From Enterobacteria phage mEp021, in the sequence record MH706966: a stretch of DNA of 54,655 nt; one strand, given 5' to 3'. This document shows, piece after piece, positions 1 through 9,467 of this stretch. The notes beneath the pieces were generated by a model. The model was not told the DNA's origin, made no database searches, and saw only the letters and a program-made list of their open reading frames with translations. Each line of letters starts with the position of its first letter. Position 1 is the first letter of the stretch. Both the position numbers and the translations under genes were made by a program.

Positions 1-149
1 TCCAGACAGTAACGATTCGTAGTGTTTAGTTGCGTTCAGACTGGTTAATGGATGATAGAAAATATCATTTAAATTCACTAAGTTACACATCAATCTTCCG
101 CAGATGTGTTTTAATCCGTTCGATGATGTTAATATCCGTTCAGATAAAA

Positions 150-172
150 TTGTGTACCAAATCGTGACCAAA
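150..172. repeat. Candidate attL core: ttgtgtaccaaat-cgt-gaccaaa, matching 54564-54586 at 20 of 23 positions
   Basis: 13-bp exact match plus 7-bp exact match after a 3-nt gap, sited just upstream of the integrase start and just past the last tail-fibre gene. Confidence 0.3.
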
Positions 173-185
173 AAGAGGTGTCATA

Positions 186-1400
186 ATGCTGACGGATACG
201 AAATTACGCGCAATAGCAAACAAGCCATATGACGGCCCGAACGAGATAGCAGATCGCGACGGCTTGTCTGCAAGGGTAAGCCCGAAAGGGAAAATAACTT
301 TCCAGTTCAGGTACAGGTTCAACGGTAAGCCTGTAAGGATGAAGATCGGCGATTACGGCAGCATGACGTTAAAAGATGCACGCTACGCGGTTGCAGAATA
401 CAAAGAGCTATTAGCGAAGGGGAAGAACCCAACTGTTTCAGTAAAGCAAGCGATAAGTTTTGAGCGTGGCAAATTAACGATAAGCGCCATTGTGAGCGAC
501 TATTTATCTCTGCCAAACGTTATTAAGCTGGTTGCATATAATGACGTCAGGAGCGCGCTTAAGCGTCATGTTGTCGATAAATTCGGTGAGTATATTGCCG
601 ATGATGTCAGCACGAAACAATGGATGGATATGTTTGGTGAGATCACTGCGGCGGGCCACGCGGTTACGGCTGGCCTAATACTTAAGCGAATGAAGATTGT
701 TGTGAACAGTGCTATCCGGCGCGGGCTAATGACCAGTACGGCGATAAACAACATCAGGGTTATTGACGTTGGCGAAAATTATGCGGTTGGCGAACGTTAT
801 TTATCATGCGATGAAATAGGCCATTTCTGGCGAACGGTGGATGATTCGCAGATCTACCGTCAGAACAAGATAGCATTAAAGCTATTGTTGCTCACCGGGT
901 GCAGGGTGGGAGAATTGCAGAAAATGCGGAGGGAACACCTCGACCTGGATAACGGTGTGTGGACCGTTCCGGCAGCGGTGGCGAAGACAAGGAGTGAAAT
1001 CAGGCGTGGATTATCTGATCTGTCAATAGAAATGCTCAGGGAGGTATTAGCCTCCCATGAGTATGATTATGTGTTCCCGCCAGTGATTAACGGCGGTAAC
1101 AGGCCAGTAAACGCATCAGTGATAAAAGTAGCTGCAATCTTCGTGCGTAAAAGAATGGGCGGTAAGTCGTGGTCCTGTCACGACCTCCGCCGGACGTGCA
1201 GGACGCACCTGTCAGCCATAGGTGTTCCGGTACATATCGCGGAAAAGATTTTAGGCCACTCACTAAGGGGAATTCTGGCGGTGTACGACAAATATGATTA
1301 TCTTGATGAACAAAAGGATGCGCTAAATAAGTTTGCGGATTATGTATTATCTTTGGCTGACGTCAAACCAATCTCATCAAAGAACCGCATTACATCCTGA
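186..1400 (+). CDS. int: Tyrosine recombinase/integrase, P4-like family
   Basis: 404 aa; N-terminal LTDTKLRA...GLSARVSPKGKITFQFRYRFNGK arm-binding pattern; C-terminal HDLRRT...H and VYDKYDY catalytic region; SD aagagg before the ATG. Confidence 0.9.
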   Translation: MLTDTKLRAIANKPYDGPNEIADRDGLSARVSPKGKITFQFRYRFNGKPVRMKIGDYGSMTLKDARYAVAEYKELLAKGKNPTVSVKQAISFERGKLTISAIVSDYLSLPNVIKLVAYNDVRSALKRHVVDKFGEYIADDVSTKQWMDMFGEITAAGHAVTAGLILKRMKIVVNSAIRRGLMTSTAINNIRVIDVGENYAVGERYLSCDEIGHFWRTVDDSQIYRQNKIALKLLLLTGCRVGELQKMRREHLDLDNGVWTVPAAVAKTRSEIRRGLSDLSIEMLREVLASHEYDYVFPPVINGGNRPVNASVIKVAAIFVRKRMGGKSWSCHDLRRTCRTHLSAIGVPVHIAEKILGHSLRGILAVYDKYDYLDEQKDALNKFADYVLSLADVKPISSKNRITS

Positions 1401-1570
1401 TAGCGATACATGACGCCACGCCCGGTCCCCAACACATCAACCGGGTCCGGGAATGGAGTTCCGTTTTCCTCCCACTTTTTACGCCATGAATAAAACGTTC
1501 CCCTGCTAATTCCGCCCAGCATACGGCAGATGGCAGGGCGACTAAGAAGAATTGTTGCCGTCTTATCCAT
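1340..1570 (-). CDS. AlpA-like excisionase / small DNA-binding regulator
   Basis: 76 aa; LSRPAICRMLGGISRGTFYSWRKK HTH pattern typical of AlpA/Xis partners of P4-like integrases; 3' end overlaps the int 3' end convergently. Confidence 0.6.
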   Translation of the reverse strand: MDKTATILLSRPAICRMLGGISRGTFYSWRKKWEENGTPFPDPVDVLGTGRGVMYRYQDVMRFFDEIGLTSAKDNT

Positions 1571-1573
1571 TAT

Positions 1574-2227
1574 TTACCCCCCCGTGTATTCAACGTGTGC
1601 GATACAGCCATCAATAATTGCTTGTGCCATGTTGCGATAATCGCACGAAAAATCATTGTCATGGTTAAAGTCAATCTCTTTTGCCGCGTCTTCACCAATC
1701 ACCTTAGTAGCCAGCGCAAACGCAATTTGTGACAGTGCTTTTTCTTTTGGATCTATCCATCTGCGATATTTAAACCCATTCCATCTGGCTGTTTCTTCGT
1801 GTTTACCATCCTTTCTAACAAAGATCCCTAACTCATCGCCAGTAAAAATATATTTAGCTACGCAGTACATAGGGGCAAATTCCCCTGGGTAAAATTCTAG
1901 CCATACATTTAACGGCGGTCTTTCTCCTGGCTGCCATTCCTCGACTTTCTGCTTATCGCAATCATGGCGCTCATCTTCGATTAATTCATCAATGATTTCA
2001 CTTTCTTTATTCATGCCGTCATCATCCTTATTCGATAAATCATCGTATTTTTCAAATTTCCAGCCTGAAGCCATAGCCGAATAAGTGCTGCCATTGTCAG
2101 CACGGATACCTAATAAATAGTATGTTCCGAAATTATATTCTGTGCGGCATGTTGCCACCTCAAACGATGGGTAACACTCAGGGTTAGCGCGATGACTAAT
2201 CACGCCAATTGCTTTAAGTTTATTCAT
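1574..2227 (-). CDS. Hypothetical protein (217 aa)
   Basis: Long ORF with SD gaggat upstream; no recognisable motif. Confidence 0.5.
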   Translation of the reverse strand: MNKLKAIGVISHRANPECYPSFEVATCRTEYNFGTYYLLGIRADNGSTYSAMASGWKFEKYDDLSNKDDDGMNKESEIIDELIEDERHDCDKQKVEEWQPGERPPLNVWLEFYPGEFAPMYCVAKYIFTGDELGIFVRKDGKHEETARWNGFKYRRWIDPKEKALSQIAFALATKVIGEDAAKEIDFNHDNDFSCDYRNMAQAIIDGCIAHVEYTGG

Positions 2228-2241
2228 TTGCTTATCCTCAA

Positions 2242-2403
2242 TTACGCCACAGCTACATTGTCAACTTTGATAAAATATTCAGGGTGATTTTCTATTTCGT
2301 GCTGAAAGTGAGCGTGACATAATCGCCAATCACGCGCCTGGTTGTGAAAGTAATAAACGTATTCGCCATCAACCTTATACAAAATGCCTGTAGGTTTAGC
2401 CAT
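2242..2403 (-). CDS. Hypothetical small protein (53 aa)
   Basis: Fills the gap between NinB and the 217-aa ORF; below the 60-aa cut-off of the ORF track; weak SD. Confidence 0.3.
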   Translation of the reverse strand: MAKPTGILYKVDGEYVYYFHNQARDWRLCHAHFQHEIENHPEYFIKVDNVAVA

Positions 2404-2417
2404 GTAATAACTAACCA

Positions 2418-2849
2418 TTATTGCCCCCAGCGTTTTATAAATTCCTCGTTCAACTTAGTGTCACCAGACCATTGAACATTATGTTCAGCGCCGAACGAGT
2501 AGATCAGTTCGATTAGTTCGCTAAATTCTGCTTTACTCATCCGGCTGGTTGACGTACCCAGCACAACAAAACCTGATTTATCCAGGTTAGGGACAACGCC
2601 ATATTTCTTAAGTCCGGCAGTAAATACCGCCTTCCAGTCTTCCGGCGACAGCTTTTTTCCGTACCAATTAACCTGATCGCTAATGTCGGTTAACAGCGCC
2701 CATAAAAGGCTATTTTGACTAAGCGAGCGGGTTTTCTCCTGGATGGTAATTATCAGCGGGCTTTTGCTATCAGACTGGATCTCTCTTATCTGCCTGATAG
2801 CGTTTTCTTTTACGGCGTCGTTTACTATTTCAAATCTAATTTGCCTCAT
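2418..2849 (-). CDS. ninB: NinB-like recombination protein
   Basis: 143 aa; resemblance to the lambda NinB (Orf) family as recalled; sits in a nin-like context next to a methyltransferase. Confidence 0.65.
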   Translation of the reverse strand: MRQIRFEIVNDAVKENAIRQIREIQSDSKSPLIITIQEKTRSLSQNSLLWALLTDISDQVNWYGKKLSPEDWKAVFTAGLKKYGVVPNLDKSGFVVLGTSTSRMSKAEFSELIELIYSFGAEHNVQWSGDTKLNEEFIKRWGQ

Positions 2850-3573
2850 GGTTAGATAACGCCTCGTTTATTCTATTTGATGCAATTTCGAAATATTTTT
2901 CATCCTTTTCTATGCCGATAAAACGTCGGTTAGTATTAATGCAGGCAACGCCTGTAGTTCCGCTGCCCATAGTAAAATCGAGAACCGTTTCCCCTTCGTT
3001 AGTGTATGTCTTAATTAGGTATTCCATCAGTGCGACAGGCTTTTGTGTTGGGTGTACCTTGCCTTTCTGGTTTGCGTTACTTATCTCTATAATGCTTTTA
3101 GGGTGCTTATCCTTATAAGTCCTTAAATCACCATAATTAATTATGCGGTTTGCCTCCCCAGCAGAATATGTTTTACCCGTCCTTTCCTTTTGCGGAGTTT
3201 TTATTGGGTAATATTTGACAGCGCCTTTAGAAAAAACAACAACATCCTCATGCACCCTATAAGGTTGCCATTTGAGGACTTGCATGTTACCGCCTTTCTT
3301 CTTGTCCCATACCCAGCAATATTTAAACATGCTTATGTTGCTTGCAATTAGTGTTGTAGTGAACGGCTGACTTGCAGTCATCACAATGGCGCAATTCGGC
3401 TTAACTATGCGCTTTAATTGCTCCCACATTGGATTAAGAGGAATGACGGAATCCCATTTGCAGGCCGTTGTGCCGTAAGGCGGATCAGCCATTACCATAT
3501 CAACGCTACCGCCTGGGATAGAGTTCATGACCTCCAGACAATCACCCAACAATAATGTAACATCTTTATTCAT
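2836..3573 (-). CDS. DNA methyltransferase, N6-adenine or N4-cytosine type
   Basis: 245 aa; DPPY catalytic motif (MADPPYGT) near the N-terminus and AdoMet motif FTMGSGTTGVA near the C-terminus (motif IV before motif I). Confidence 0.75.
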   Translation of the reverse strand: MNKDVTLLLGDCLEVMNSIPGGSVDMVMADPPYGTTACKWDSVIPLNPMWEQLKRIVKPNCAIVMTASQPFTTTLIASNISMFKYCWVWDKKKGGNMQVLKWQPYRVHEDVVVFSKGAVKYYPIKTPQKERTGKTYSAGEANRIINYGDLRTYKDKHPKSIIEISNANQKGKVHPTQKPVALMEYLIKTYTNEGETVLDFTMGSGTTGVACINTNRRFIGIEKDEKYFEIASNRINEALSNHEAN

Positions 3574-3582
3574 TATGTTGCC

Positions 3583-3780
3583 TCATGATACACCGTTACT
3601 ATTTTTCCACTGTGACCGCGCATACATGATCGCCCACAGAGAAATAAGCCTTGAGCTAGACATATAATCGTTTTTGAGTTTTTTCATATCAATAATAACA
3701 GGACTATCAGGATCGTCACCTCGCATGTATTCCGCAATCGTGCTCAAGTCTTCCACGGTCAAATCTAATTCCCTATTCAT
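3583..3780 (-). CDS. Hypothetical protein (65 aa)
   Basis: ORF in a tightly packed leftward operon. Confidence 0.35.
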   Translation of the reverse strand: MNRELDLTVEDLSTIAEYMRGDDPDSPVIIDMKKLKNDYMSSSRLISLWAIMYARSQWKNSNGVS

Positions 3781-3789
3781 GGTCGCCCC

Positions 3790-3996
3790 TTACACAATCC
3801 GCATTGTGTTTCGTAATTCACCGCGCAACGCCTGCAAAGCGTAATGAATCGGCACAAAAGCACGGTTAAATTTTACGTGCTTATACTTGCGCATTAGTGG
3901 CGGCGTATAAACCATCGTGCCGCAAGGATCGCATGTGAATTTAAAGTGAGATTCGTCAATAAACGTTTCAACTGAATAAAAAATTACCCGTCTCAT
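3790..3996 (-). CDS. Hypothetical protein (68 aa)
   Basis: ORF in a tightly packed leftward operon; overlaps the upstream gene by 4 nt. Confidence 0.35.
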   Translation of the reverse strand: MRRVIFYSVETFIDESHFKFTCDPCGTMVYTPPLMRKYKHVKFNRAFVPIHYALQALRGELRNTMRIV

Positions 3997-4586
3997 AATT
4001 CCAACCCCGTTTCCACGTTGAGTTTTTCAATCTCAAATACTGGTTTATCAGGAAGCAGCCCGTTATTTTTACGGTATTCGTTCAGGCGGCTGTCAAAGTC
4101 AAACGCCAAATCATTAGCGTGACCGAATCGCCCAGGTTTAAACAGTGAGTAAAAGTTAACCCCGTGCCTATTTGGATCAACGCAAAGCGTTTCATCAATC
4201 ACCATTAGGCGAAGAGTACGAGAAAGATAATTCCACGGGATACCAGTCTCCGCACTAATGTCACGCATACGCTTTTTAACGCTGTAGTCACCAAATAACG
4301 ACGCAACACGCTCACGACGTTCAGCATATAACTGTTTAATACGATAGCCCAGCAGACGGCGGCGGCGTCCAAAACATGTATATACGCGCTCGACGATACC
4401 GTTTTTTATTAAGTGTTTAATTGTCTCAGGAAGTAACCCATCTTTATCATATCCAGCTAATAACCCCGTTTTATTGCGCAACTGGTGCATTGTTGCGATG
4501 CCATCAAGTTCAAGGATATTGATAACTTTTGTTTCAAGTTCAGCGCTCATTGTTTTTAGCCTCGTTTTAAACGCGATAACAGCCAC
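3993..4586 (-). CDS. Hypothetical protein (197 aa) downstream of the helicase
   Basis: Long ORF; no Walker motif seen, so not called as a helicase loader. Confidence 0.5.
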   Translation of the reverse strand: MAVIAFKTRLKTMSAELETKVINILELDGIATMHQLRNKTGLLAGYDKDGLLPETIKHLIKNGIVERVYTCFGRRRRLLGYRIKQLYAERRERVASLFGDYSVKKRMRDISAETGIPWNYLSRTLRLMVIDETLCVDPNRHGVNFYSLFKPGRFGHANDLAFDFDSRLNEYRKNNGLLPDKPVFEIEKLNVETGLEL

Positions 4587-4629
4587 CAGAAAGCGGTAAA
4601 CTTTCCGGTAAGCCGTTTGCTCATATTGA

Positions 4630-6045
4630 TTAAAAAGATGCGTTATTCTGGTTGTTTCGTTGGTTAAATCTGCCTGTGCGGTGATTCATAGACTGAATAC
4701 ACGCAGCAGCCGCGCGTGCCTGGTCGCATGGTAAAATGTTGCCGTTATCATCAAACCGCTGGTAAACAGTGCCAGATTTACCATGACGGTTTTTCGATAC
4801 AATGATTTCCATATATTCGCGGGCTACAGACTGCTCATCGTAATATCCATCGCGGTAAACCATGATGATCCTGTCAGCATCTTGTTCAAGGTTCCCGGAA
4901 TCGCGCAGATCTGAATTGTTAGGACGCTTGTTCGGTCGCTCCTCAACGCGGCGTGACAACTGCGCCAGCGCTAACACTGGAACGCGCAATTCTTTTGCCA
5001 TCATCTTCAACGACCATGACAATTGCCCAACAGCGAGATCATGACGTTCAGCCTTAGCCAGCTTCATCAACCCGATGTAGTCAATCATTACCATACCCAG
5101 GTTAGGATGTTCCTGTTTCATCCGTTCCGTGGTGGCGCGTATTTCCTCAACCGTTAACTGCGACGCGTCAACGATCCACACATCAAGATTAGCAAGTGCG
5201 CTCATACCCTTGCCGACATGCGCCCACCCCTCATCATCAAGTTTTACCGGATTACGCAGGCAGTCTGTTGATAAATTACCAGCGCCAGCTATAGCGCGTT
5301 CAGTCATCTGATCGAGTGACATTTCAAGCGTGAAGAACAAAACGCCAACCCGCTGATCTTTACTGCCAGGGTAAGGGCGCTCAGCGGCAGCGCGGGCAAT
5401 TGTCAGCGCCAACGCAGATTTACCAGACCCAGGGCGTCCAGCTAAAAGCACCAAATCAGTAGCGTTAATGCCTCCCAACATCTCATCGAGTGGATCTATC
5501 CCTGTTTTGATGTTGTCAGAATTAACACCGCATTCCATGCGCTTGCTTAAAACGTCCGTATATTCCTGTACCGCATCACGCAACAGAACAGGAATGATCT
5601 TATCTTTCGTTACCTTTAATTTTGAATACCGGGAATCAAAATCTTTCATCGTCTCTTTGACGACCTCAAGCGTCCCCGTCTCCAGTTTGTAGCGCATATC
5701 GTCGATGAGTTCCAACATCTGCCGCCGCTGGTGCTCTTCACGTAGTAGCTGTGCGTATCCCTTCAGGTTGGCAGCAGACGGGCACGATCTCGCCGTTTGC
5801 ATTAGCGGTACAAAGTTTTCGTTGCCAATCTCATCGCCAACCAATAACGCGTCAATAAGATTCCTGTTTCTGGCTTGCGCCCTGATAATTTCAAACGCAC
5901 GTTTATACAGCGGAATCGTGAACACTTCAGGATCAAGAGTGGCGAGAACATCTTGCGCGTTAGGAGTAAGGCCGCCCAACAGCAGCCCACCGATAACTGA
6001 CGCCTCACGTTCCTGCCGTAGTGAGTTTATTTGCTCAGTTACCAT
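4630..6045 (-). CDS. dnaB: Replicative DNA helicase, DnaB family
   Basis: 471 aa; Walker A GRPGSGKSALALTIA; DnaB-like N-terminal domain and overall pattern. Confidence 0.85.
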   Translation of the reverse strand: MVTEQINSLRQEREASVIGGLLLGGLTPNAQDVLATLDPEVFTIPLYKRAFEIIRAQARNRNLIDALLVGDEIGNENFVPLMQTARSCPSAANLKGYAQLLREEHQRRQMLELIDDMRYKLETGTLEVVKETMKDFDSRYSKLKVTKDKIIPVLLRDAVQEYTDVLSKRMECGVNSDNIKTGIDPLDEMLGGINATDLVLLAGRPGSGKSALALTIARAAAERPYPGSKDQRVGVLFFTLEMSLDQMTERAIAGAGNLSTDCLRNPVKLDDEGWAHVGKGMSALANLDVWIVDASQLTVEEIRATTERMKQEHPNLGMVMIDYIGLMKLAKAERHDLAVGQLSWSLKMMAKELRVPVLALAQLSRRVEERPNKRPNNSDLRDSGNLEQDADRIIMVYRDGYYDEQSVAREYMEIIVSKNRHGKSGTVYQRFDDNGNILPCDQARAAAACIQSMNHRTGRFNQRNNQNNASF

Positions 6046-6079
6046 TATGTTATTACCTCCGGTTTACAAAATGGAAAAT

Positions 6080-6586
6080 TCAGGGTAAAGAAATACCGTG
6101 ATTGCTATGAAAGTTATACATTCTTTCAGCTTCTTTTCTTGCTTTTACGGCATCATCAAATGAGTCACCGTAATAAACGTACATTGTTTTCTTTTTCCCA
6201 TCAGACCCCCTTATACCTATTTGCGCCCGCCATTTATGGGTTTTCTTGTTCCACGTAACGCCAACGCATCCGCTAGTATTACTTGATGGCATTGTTTTGT
6301 TTCTGTTATTCTCCTTCCTTGTCACTATCCTTAAGTTTTCGATTCTATCGTCACCAGGTACATGATTTATGTGATCTATTTCCATTCCATCAGGAATAGG
6401 GCCGTTAAACATTTCCCAGATAATGCGGTGACGCCATGTGCAACAAATACCATTAACGCGTATAGTCCAATATCCGCGATAATGTTTACATCCAGCCACG
6501 CTACCTGCTTTTATTTTGTTATTTGCACGGTTACAAGACCAATATAGAACGCCGTCGCTATATGTAAATAAATCATCCCACATCAT
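6080..6586 (-). CDS. HNH homing endonuclease with AP2-like domain
   Basis: EIDHINHVPGDDRIENLRIVTRKENNRNK HNH motif; start taken at the internal ATGATG (6586) that overlaps the stop of the upstream gene; paralog of 45958-46524. Confidence 0.65.
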   Translation of the reverse strand: MMWDDLFTYSDGVLYWSCNRANNKIKAGSVAGCKHYRGYWTIRVNGICCTWRHRIIWEMFNGPIPDGMEIDHINHVPGDDRIENLRIVTRKENNRNKTMPSSNTSGCVGVTWNKKTHKWRAQIGIRGSDGKKKTMYVYYGDSFDDAVKARKEAERMYNFHSNHGISLP

Positions 6587-7703
6587 GACACCCAACCATT
6601 TCAGGCCTATATACAAAGCGACCAATTTCGCCATAATCAGGGCTGTAAATGATAACCGCCGCGCAACGTTGCGATCTCCAGCCTCCATTAGTTGAATAAG
6701 CGTCTTTTCCCGCTAACGTGCCGTGGTGTTCAACTATGCCTATAGATGATTCTGTTACTGATTTATGGTGCAAATGTCCGACATGGACGTAAACATATTT
6801 CGACTTGCCAAAATCCTCACGCCAGTCAGCTACGCAAGCAGACAATAAATTTTCAGGCTTTTTGATAGTGTGCCCGTGGTGGTAAGCAAGGAATGTTTTT
6901 CCGTACTGTGTGTGGTGGACGATGGCAGGGGACACATCAACCGTCACGCGCGGTTCATCTTCGTAAAAAGCCGCCAGCGCCGCACGTAGCCAGATCATTC
7001 CTGACTGGTCGTGATTGCCGGATAACACCTGGATTTCAACATCCTTATGATTTAATAACATCTTCCCTACCGCCCGCCGGACAGACCGGATCGCTACATA
7101 AACAAGTTTTGCGTAGCGACTATCTTGATCAAGAATGTGCCCGCTTGTTGGTGTCACCGGGACCATACCGTCAGAATGAAGTAGATCGCCACCGAGGAGC
7201 AGTACTGCTTTTTCAGACATAGGAGCAGCGCCAACCGCGTAGTCAAAGAAGTCATTCAACACGCGCTCAGCGATCCCAGTATCGTAGCTCTCACCGCATT
7301 CAGCTTTATGAGCAAGTGCCCCGATATGCAGGTCAAACACCGGATAAAGAGCCAGGCTTTTTTGAAAATCAATTTCCGGCACTGGCACTGCCTCCGCGCG
7401 TGGTATTTCTTCCGTGAATGCGTCGCGGGCGGCTTCCATTAGCCTTTCCATTTCATCGCGATCACGGGCTGTTTTAATCCAGCGCATGACCGTATTACCA
7501 GCCTTATCGACAAGAACAGATTCACCAGTAACGCCAAAACCCGGTGCGCGGCGCGTTGATAATAAACCGCGTTTCGCCAGCTTTGCGCCAAGCCGCTCGA
7601 CGTTGCGTTTTGACATGCCATATTTTTCGGCGATCTGTTTATACGTTAAACCGTTGTTATATTCAGCGATCAATTGCTCATCGCTTATCTTTCTTTGCGA
7701 CAT
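6573..7703 (-). CDS. HTH domain fused to calcineurin-like metallophosphoesterase (Mre11/SbcD or lambda-PPase-like)
   Basis: 376 aa; N-terminal LTYKQIAEKYGMSKRNVERL HTH; phosphoesterase motifs LLGGDLLHSDG, LSGNHDQ, HHGH, HVGHLHH. Confidence 0.6.
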   Translation of the reverse strand: MSQRKISDEQLIAEYNNGLTYKQIAEKYGMSKRNVERLGAKLAKRGLLSTRRAPGFGVTGESVLVDKAGNTVMRWIKTARDRDEMERLMEAARDAFTEEIPRAEAVPVPEIDFQKSLALYPVFDLHIGALAHKAECGESYDTGIAERVLNDFFDYAVGAAPMSEKAVLLLGGDLLHSDGMVPVTPTSGHILDQDSRYAKLVYVAIRSVRRAVGKMLLNHKDVEIQVLSGNHDQSGMIWLRAALAAFYEDEPRVTVDVSPAIVHHTQYGKTFLAYHHGHTIKKPENLLSACVADWREDFGKSKYVYVHVGHLHHKSVTESSIGIVEHHGTLAGKDAYSTNGGWRSQRCAAVIIYSPDYGEIGRFVYRPEMVGCHDVG

Positions 7704-7736
7704 AATGTTACTTCCTCATGTTTACGTTTTGTATAT

Positions 7737-9224
7737 TCATTGGCAGAAAACAATCTCTTTAAATGCTTTTTCTACCATGTCGAATACTTCCGGCCTGTAA
7801 TAGAAAAACTCATTGCTTCCATCAAATTTCACAGGAAAATTGATTTTATAATTACTAAAAGCCTTATGCATCGTGTTTTCTAGTTTATGTATACTTTCGG
7901 TTGGCCCTTCTAACGTTTTCACGACACACAAATCAGGGATTCTAACACCTGCTTTATGTGCGCTTTTTAATATCCGATTTCTTCGCTCGTTCTCCTTAAC
8001 ACTTACGCCGATTTTCATTTGTGTAGGTAATTCCAGATCATCAACCATGATGTAAAGTTTGCCATAATCATAACGAAAGAAACCGTATTTAGCGCATTTT
8101 TGGCAACCCCTACCGCGCTTAAGTTCTCTAGGTCTAACCGACCACTTATGATTACAAACCTTACAGCGGCATGATACTTTTTTATTTACGTTCGTTATTT
8201 CTCCCAGCACTTCAACATCAGGATTAACCTTAGCAATAGCTAAAACATGTTCTTCGTGCGTTATAATCTTCCCAGCACATTTTGGGCAACCCTTCCCGCG
8301 TTTAAGGTTGCTAGGAGTAACCGACCACTTATGATTACAAACCTTACAGCGGCATGATACTTTTTTATCTACGTTCGTTATTTCTCCCAGCACTTCAACA
8401 TCAGGATTAACCTTAGCAATAGCTAAAACATGTTCTTCGTGCGTTATAATCTTCCCAGCACATTTTGGGCAACCCTTACCGCGCTTAAGGTGGTTAGGTC
8501 TAACTGACCATTCATGATCACAAACCTTGCAGCGGCATAATACTTTTTTGTCGCCACCTGTAATTTCACCCAGCACTTCAACATCAGGATTAACCTTCGC
8601 AATGGCAGCAATTTGTTTATAATGTGATAGTCTTAGTTTTTGTGCAATTTTCACACATTTACATTTCGGGCAACCGCTCCCGTGTTTAAGGGCGTCAGGC
8701 GTAGCCGACCATACACGATCACAAATCTTGCAGCGGCATAATACTTTTGTTCTGCTATTAACAATTTTCCCCAGCACTTCAACATCAGGATTAATTCTTG
8801 AGATGGCGGCGATCTGTTCTTCGTGTGATAATCTTTTTGGCCCTTGCTTTAACATTGCGCATTTCGGGCAACCATTCCCGCGTTTAAGGTTGCTAGGAGT
8901 AACCGACCACTCATGATCACAAACCTTGCAGCGGCATAATACTTTTGTGCTGTTATTTATTATTTCCCCCAACACTTCAACATCAGGATTAATTTTAGCA
9001 ATAGCCGCAATTTGTTCTTCGTGGGATAGCCTTGCGTTCCCAGCGCATTTTGGGCAACCTTTACCGTGTTTAAGGTTGCTAGGAGTAACCGACCATTCAT
9101 GATCACAAACCTTGCAGCGGCATAATACTTTTTCCCGGCTTCCAGTAATTTCTCCCATCACTTCAACATCAGGATTAACTTTCGCAATAGCTGCAACCTG
9201 TTCTTCGTGTGTTAGCTTGCACAT
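7737..9224 (-). CDS. Protein with six tandem Zn-ribbon modules and a C-terminal GIY-YIG-like (T5orf172-type) domain
   Basis: 495 aa; six ~55-aa repeats HEEQVAAIAKVNPDVEVLGEI...C.C..C.H.W...P..L..G.GCPKC; C-terminal GKLYIMVDD...KIGVS...RRNRIL pattern; repeats 5 and 6 are near-identical at DNA level. Confidence 0.55.
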   Translation of the reverse strand: MCKLTHEEQVAAIAKVNPDVEVMGEITGSREKVLCRCKVCDHEWSVTPSNLKHGKGCPKCAGNARLSHEEQIAAIAKINPDVEVLGEIINNSTKVLCRCKVCDHEWSVTPSNLKRGNGCPKCAMLKQGPKRLSHEEQIAAISRINPDVEVLGKIVNSRTKVLCRCKICDRVWSATPDALKHGSGCPKCKCVKIAQKLRLSHYKQIAAIAKVNPDVEVLGEITGGDKKVLCRCKVCDHEWSVRPNHLKRGKGCPKCAGKIITHEEHVLAIAKVNPDVEVLGEITNVDKKVSCRCKVCNHKWSVTPSNLKRGKGCPKCAGKIITHEEHVLAIAKVNPDVEVLGEITNVNKKVSCRCKVCNHKWSVRPRELKRGRGCQKCAKYGFFRYDYGKLYIMVDDLELPTQMKIGVSVKENERRNRILKSAHKAGVRIPDLCVVKTLEGPTESIHKLENTMHKAFSNYKINFPVKFDGSNEFFYYRPEVFDMVEKAFKEIVFCQ

Positions 9225-9365
9225 CGTTTCAACTCCTTAAAACGCCTCAGACACTCTACAACGCAAAAACACACCGCGTAATCCACTTGTAATGGTGCAG
9301 TGTCTTTTTTGCGCCAGAATCGCAATCAGGTGGCTAATTTTTTGATTTACAGACTGGTATGAAGG

Positions 9366-9467
9366 TTATGGATTTACTAGAAGGAACAAGCCGCCGAACA
9401 AAGCGACGTTAACAGCGATTGCAGCGGCGATGGCAAAAGCCAGGGCGAAAACGTGTTTACCGTCCAT
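9366..9467 (-). CDS. Small hydrophobic peptide (33 aa, single predicted TM helix)
   Basis: MDGKHVFALAFAIAAAIAVNVALFGGLFLLVNP; SD agagagga upstream; below the ORF-track cut-off. Confidence 0.35.
   Translation of the reverse strand: MDGKHVFALAFAIAAAIAVNVALFGGLFLLVNP

Noticed and set aside
1-185. tRNA or tmRNA gene at the integrase-proximal junction, as often targeted by P4-like integrases
   Set aside because: No cloverleaf-compatible stems or conserved TPsiC/CCA features were recognised in the 185 bp available; the flank is too short to decide.
140-322. 60-aa minus-strand ORF overlapping the integrase start
   Set aside because: Antisense to the well-supported integrase gene and its SD; no SD of its own; likely spurious.
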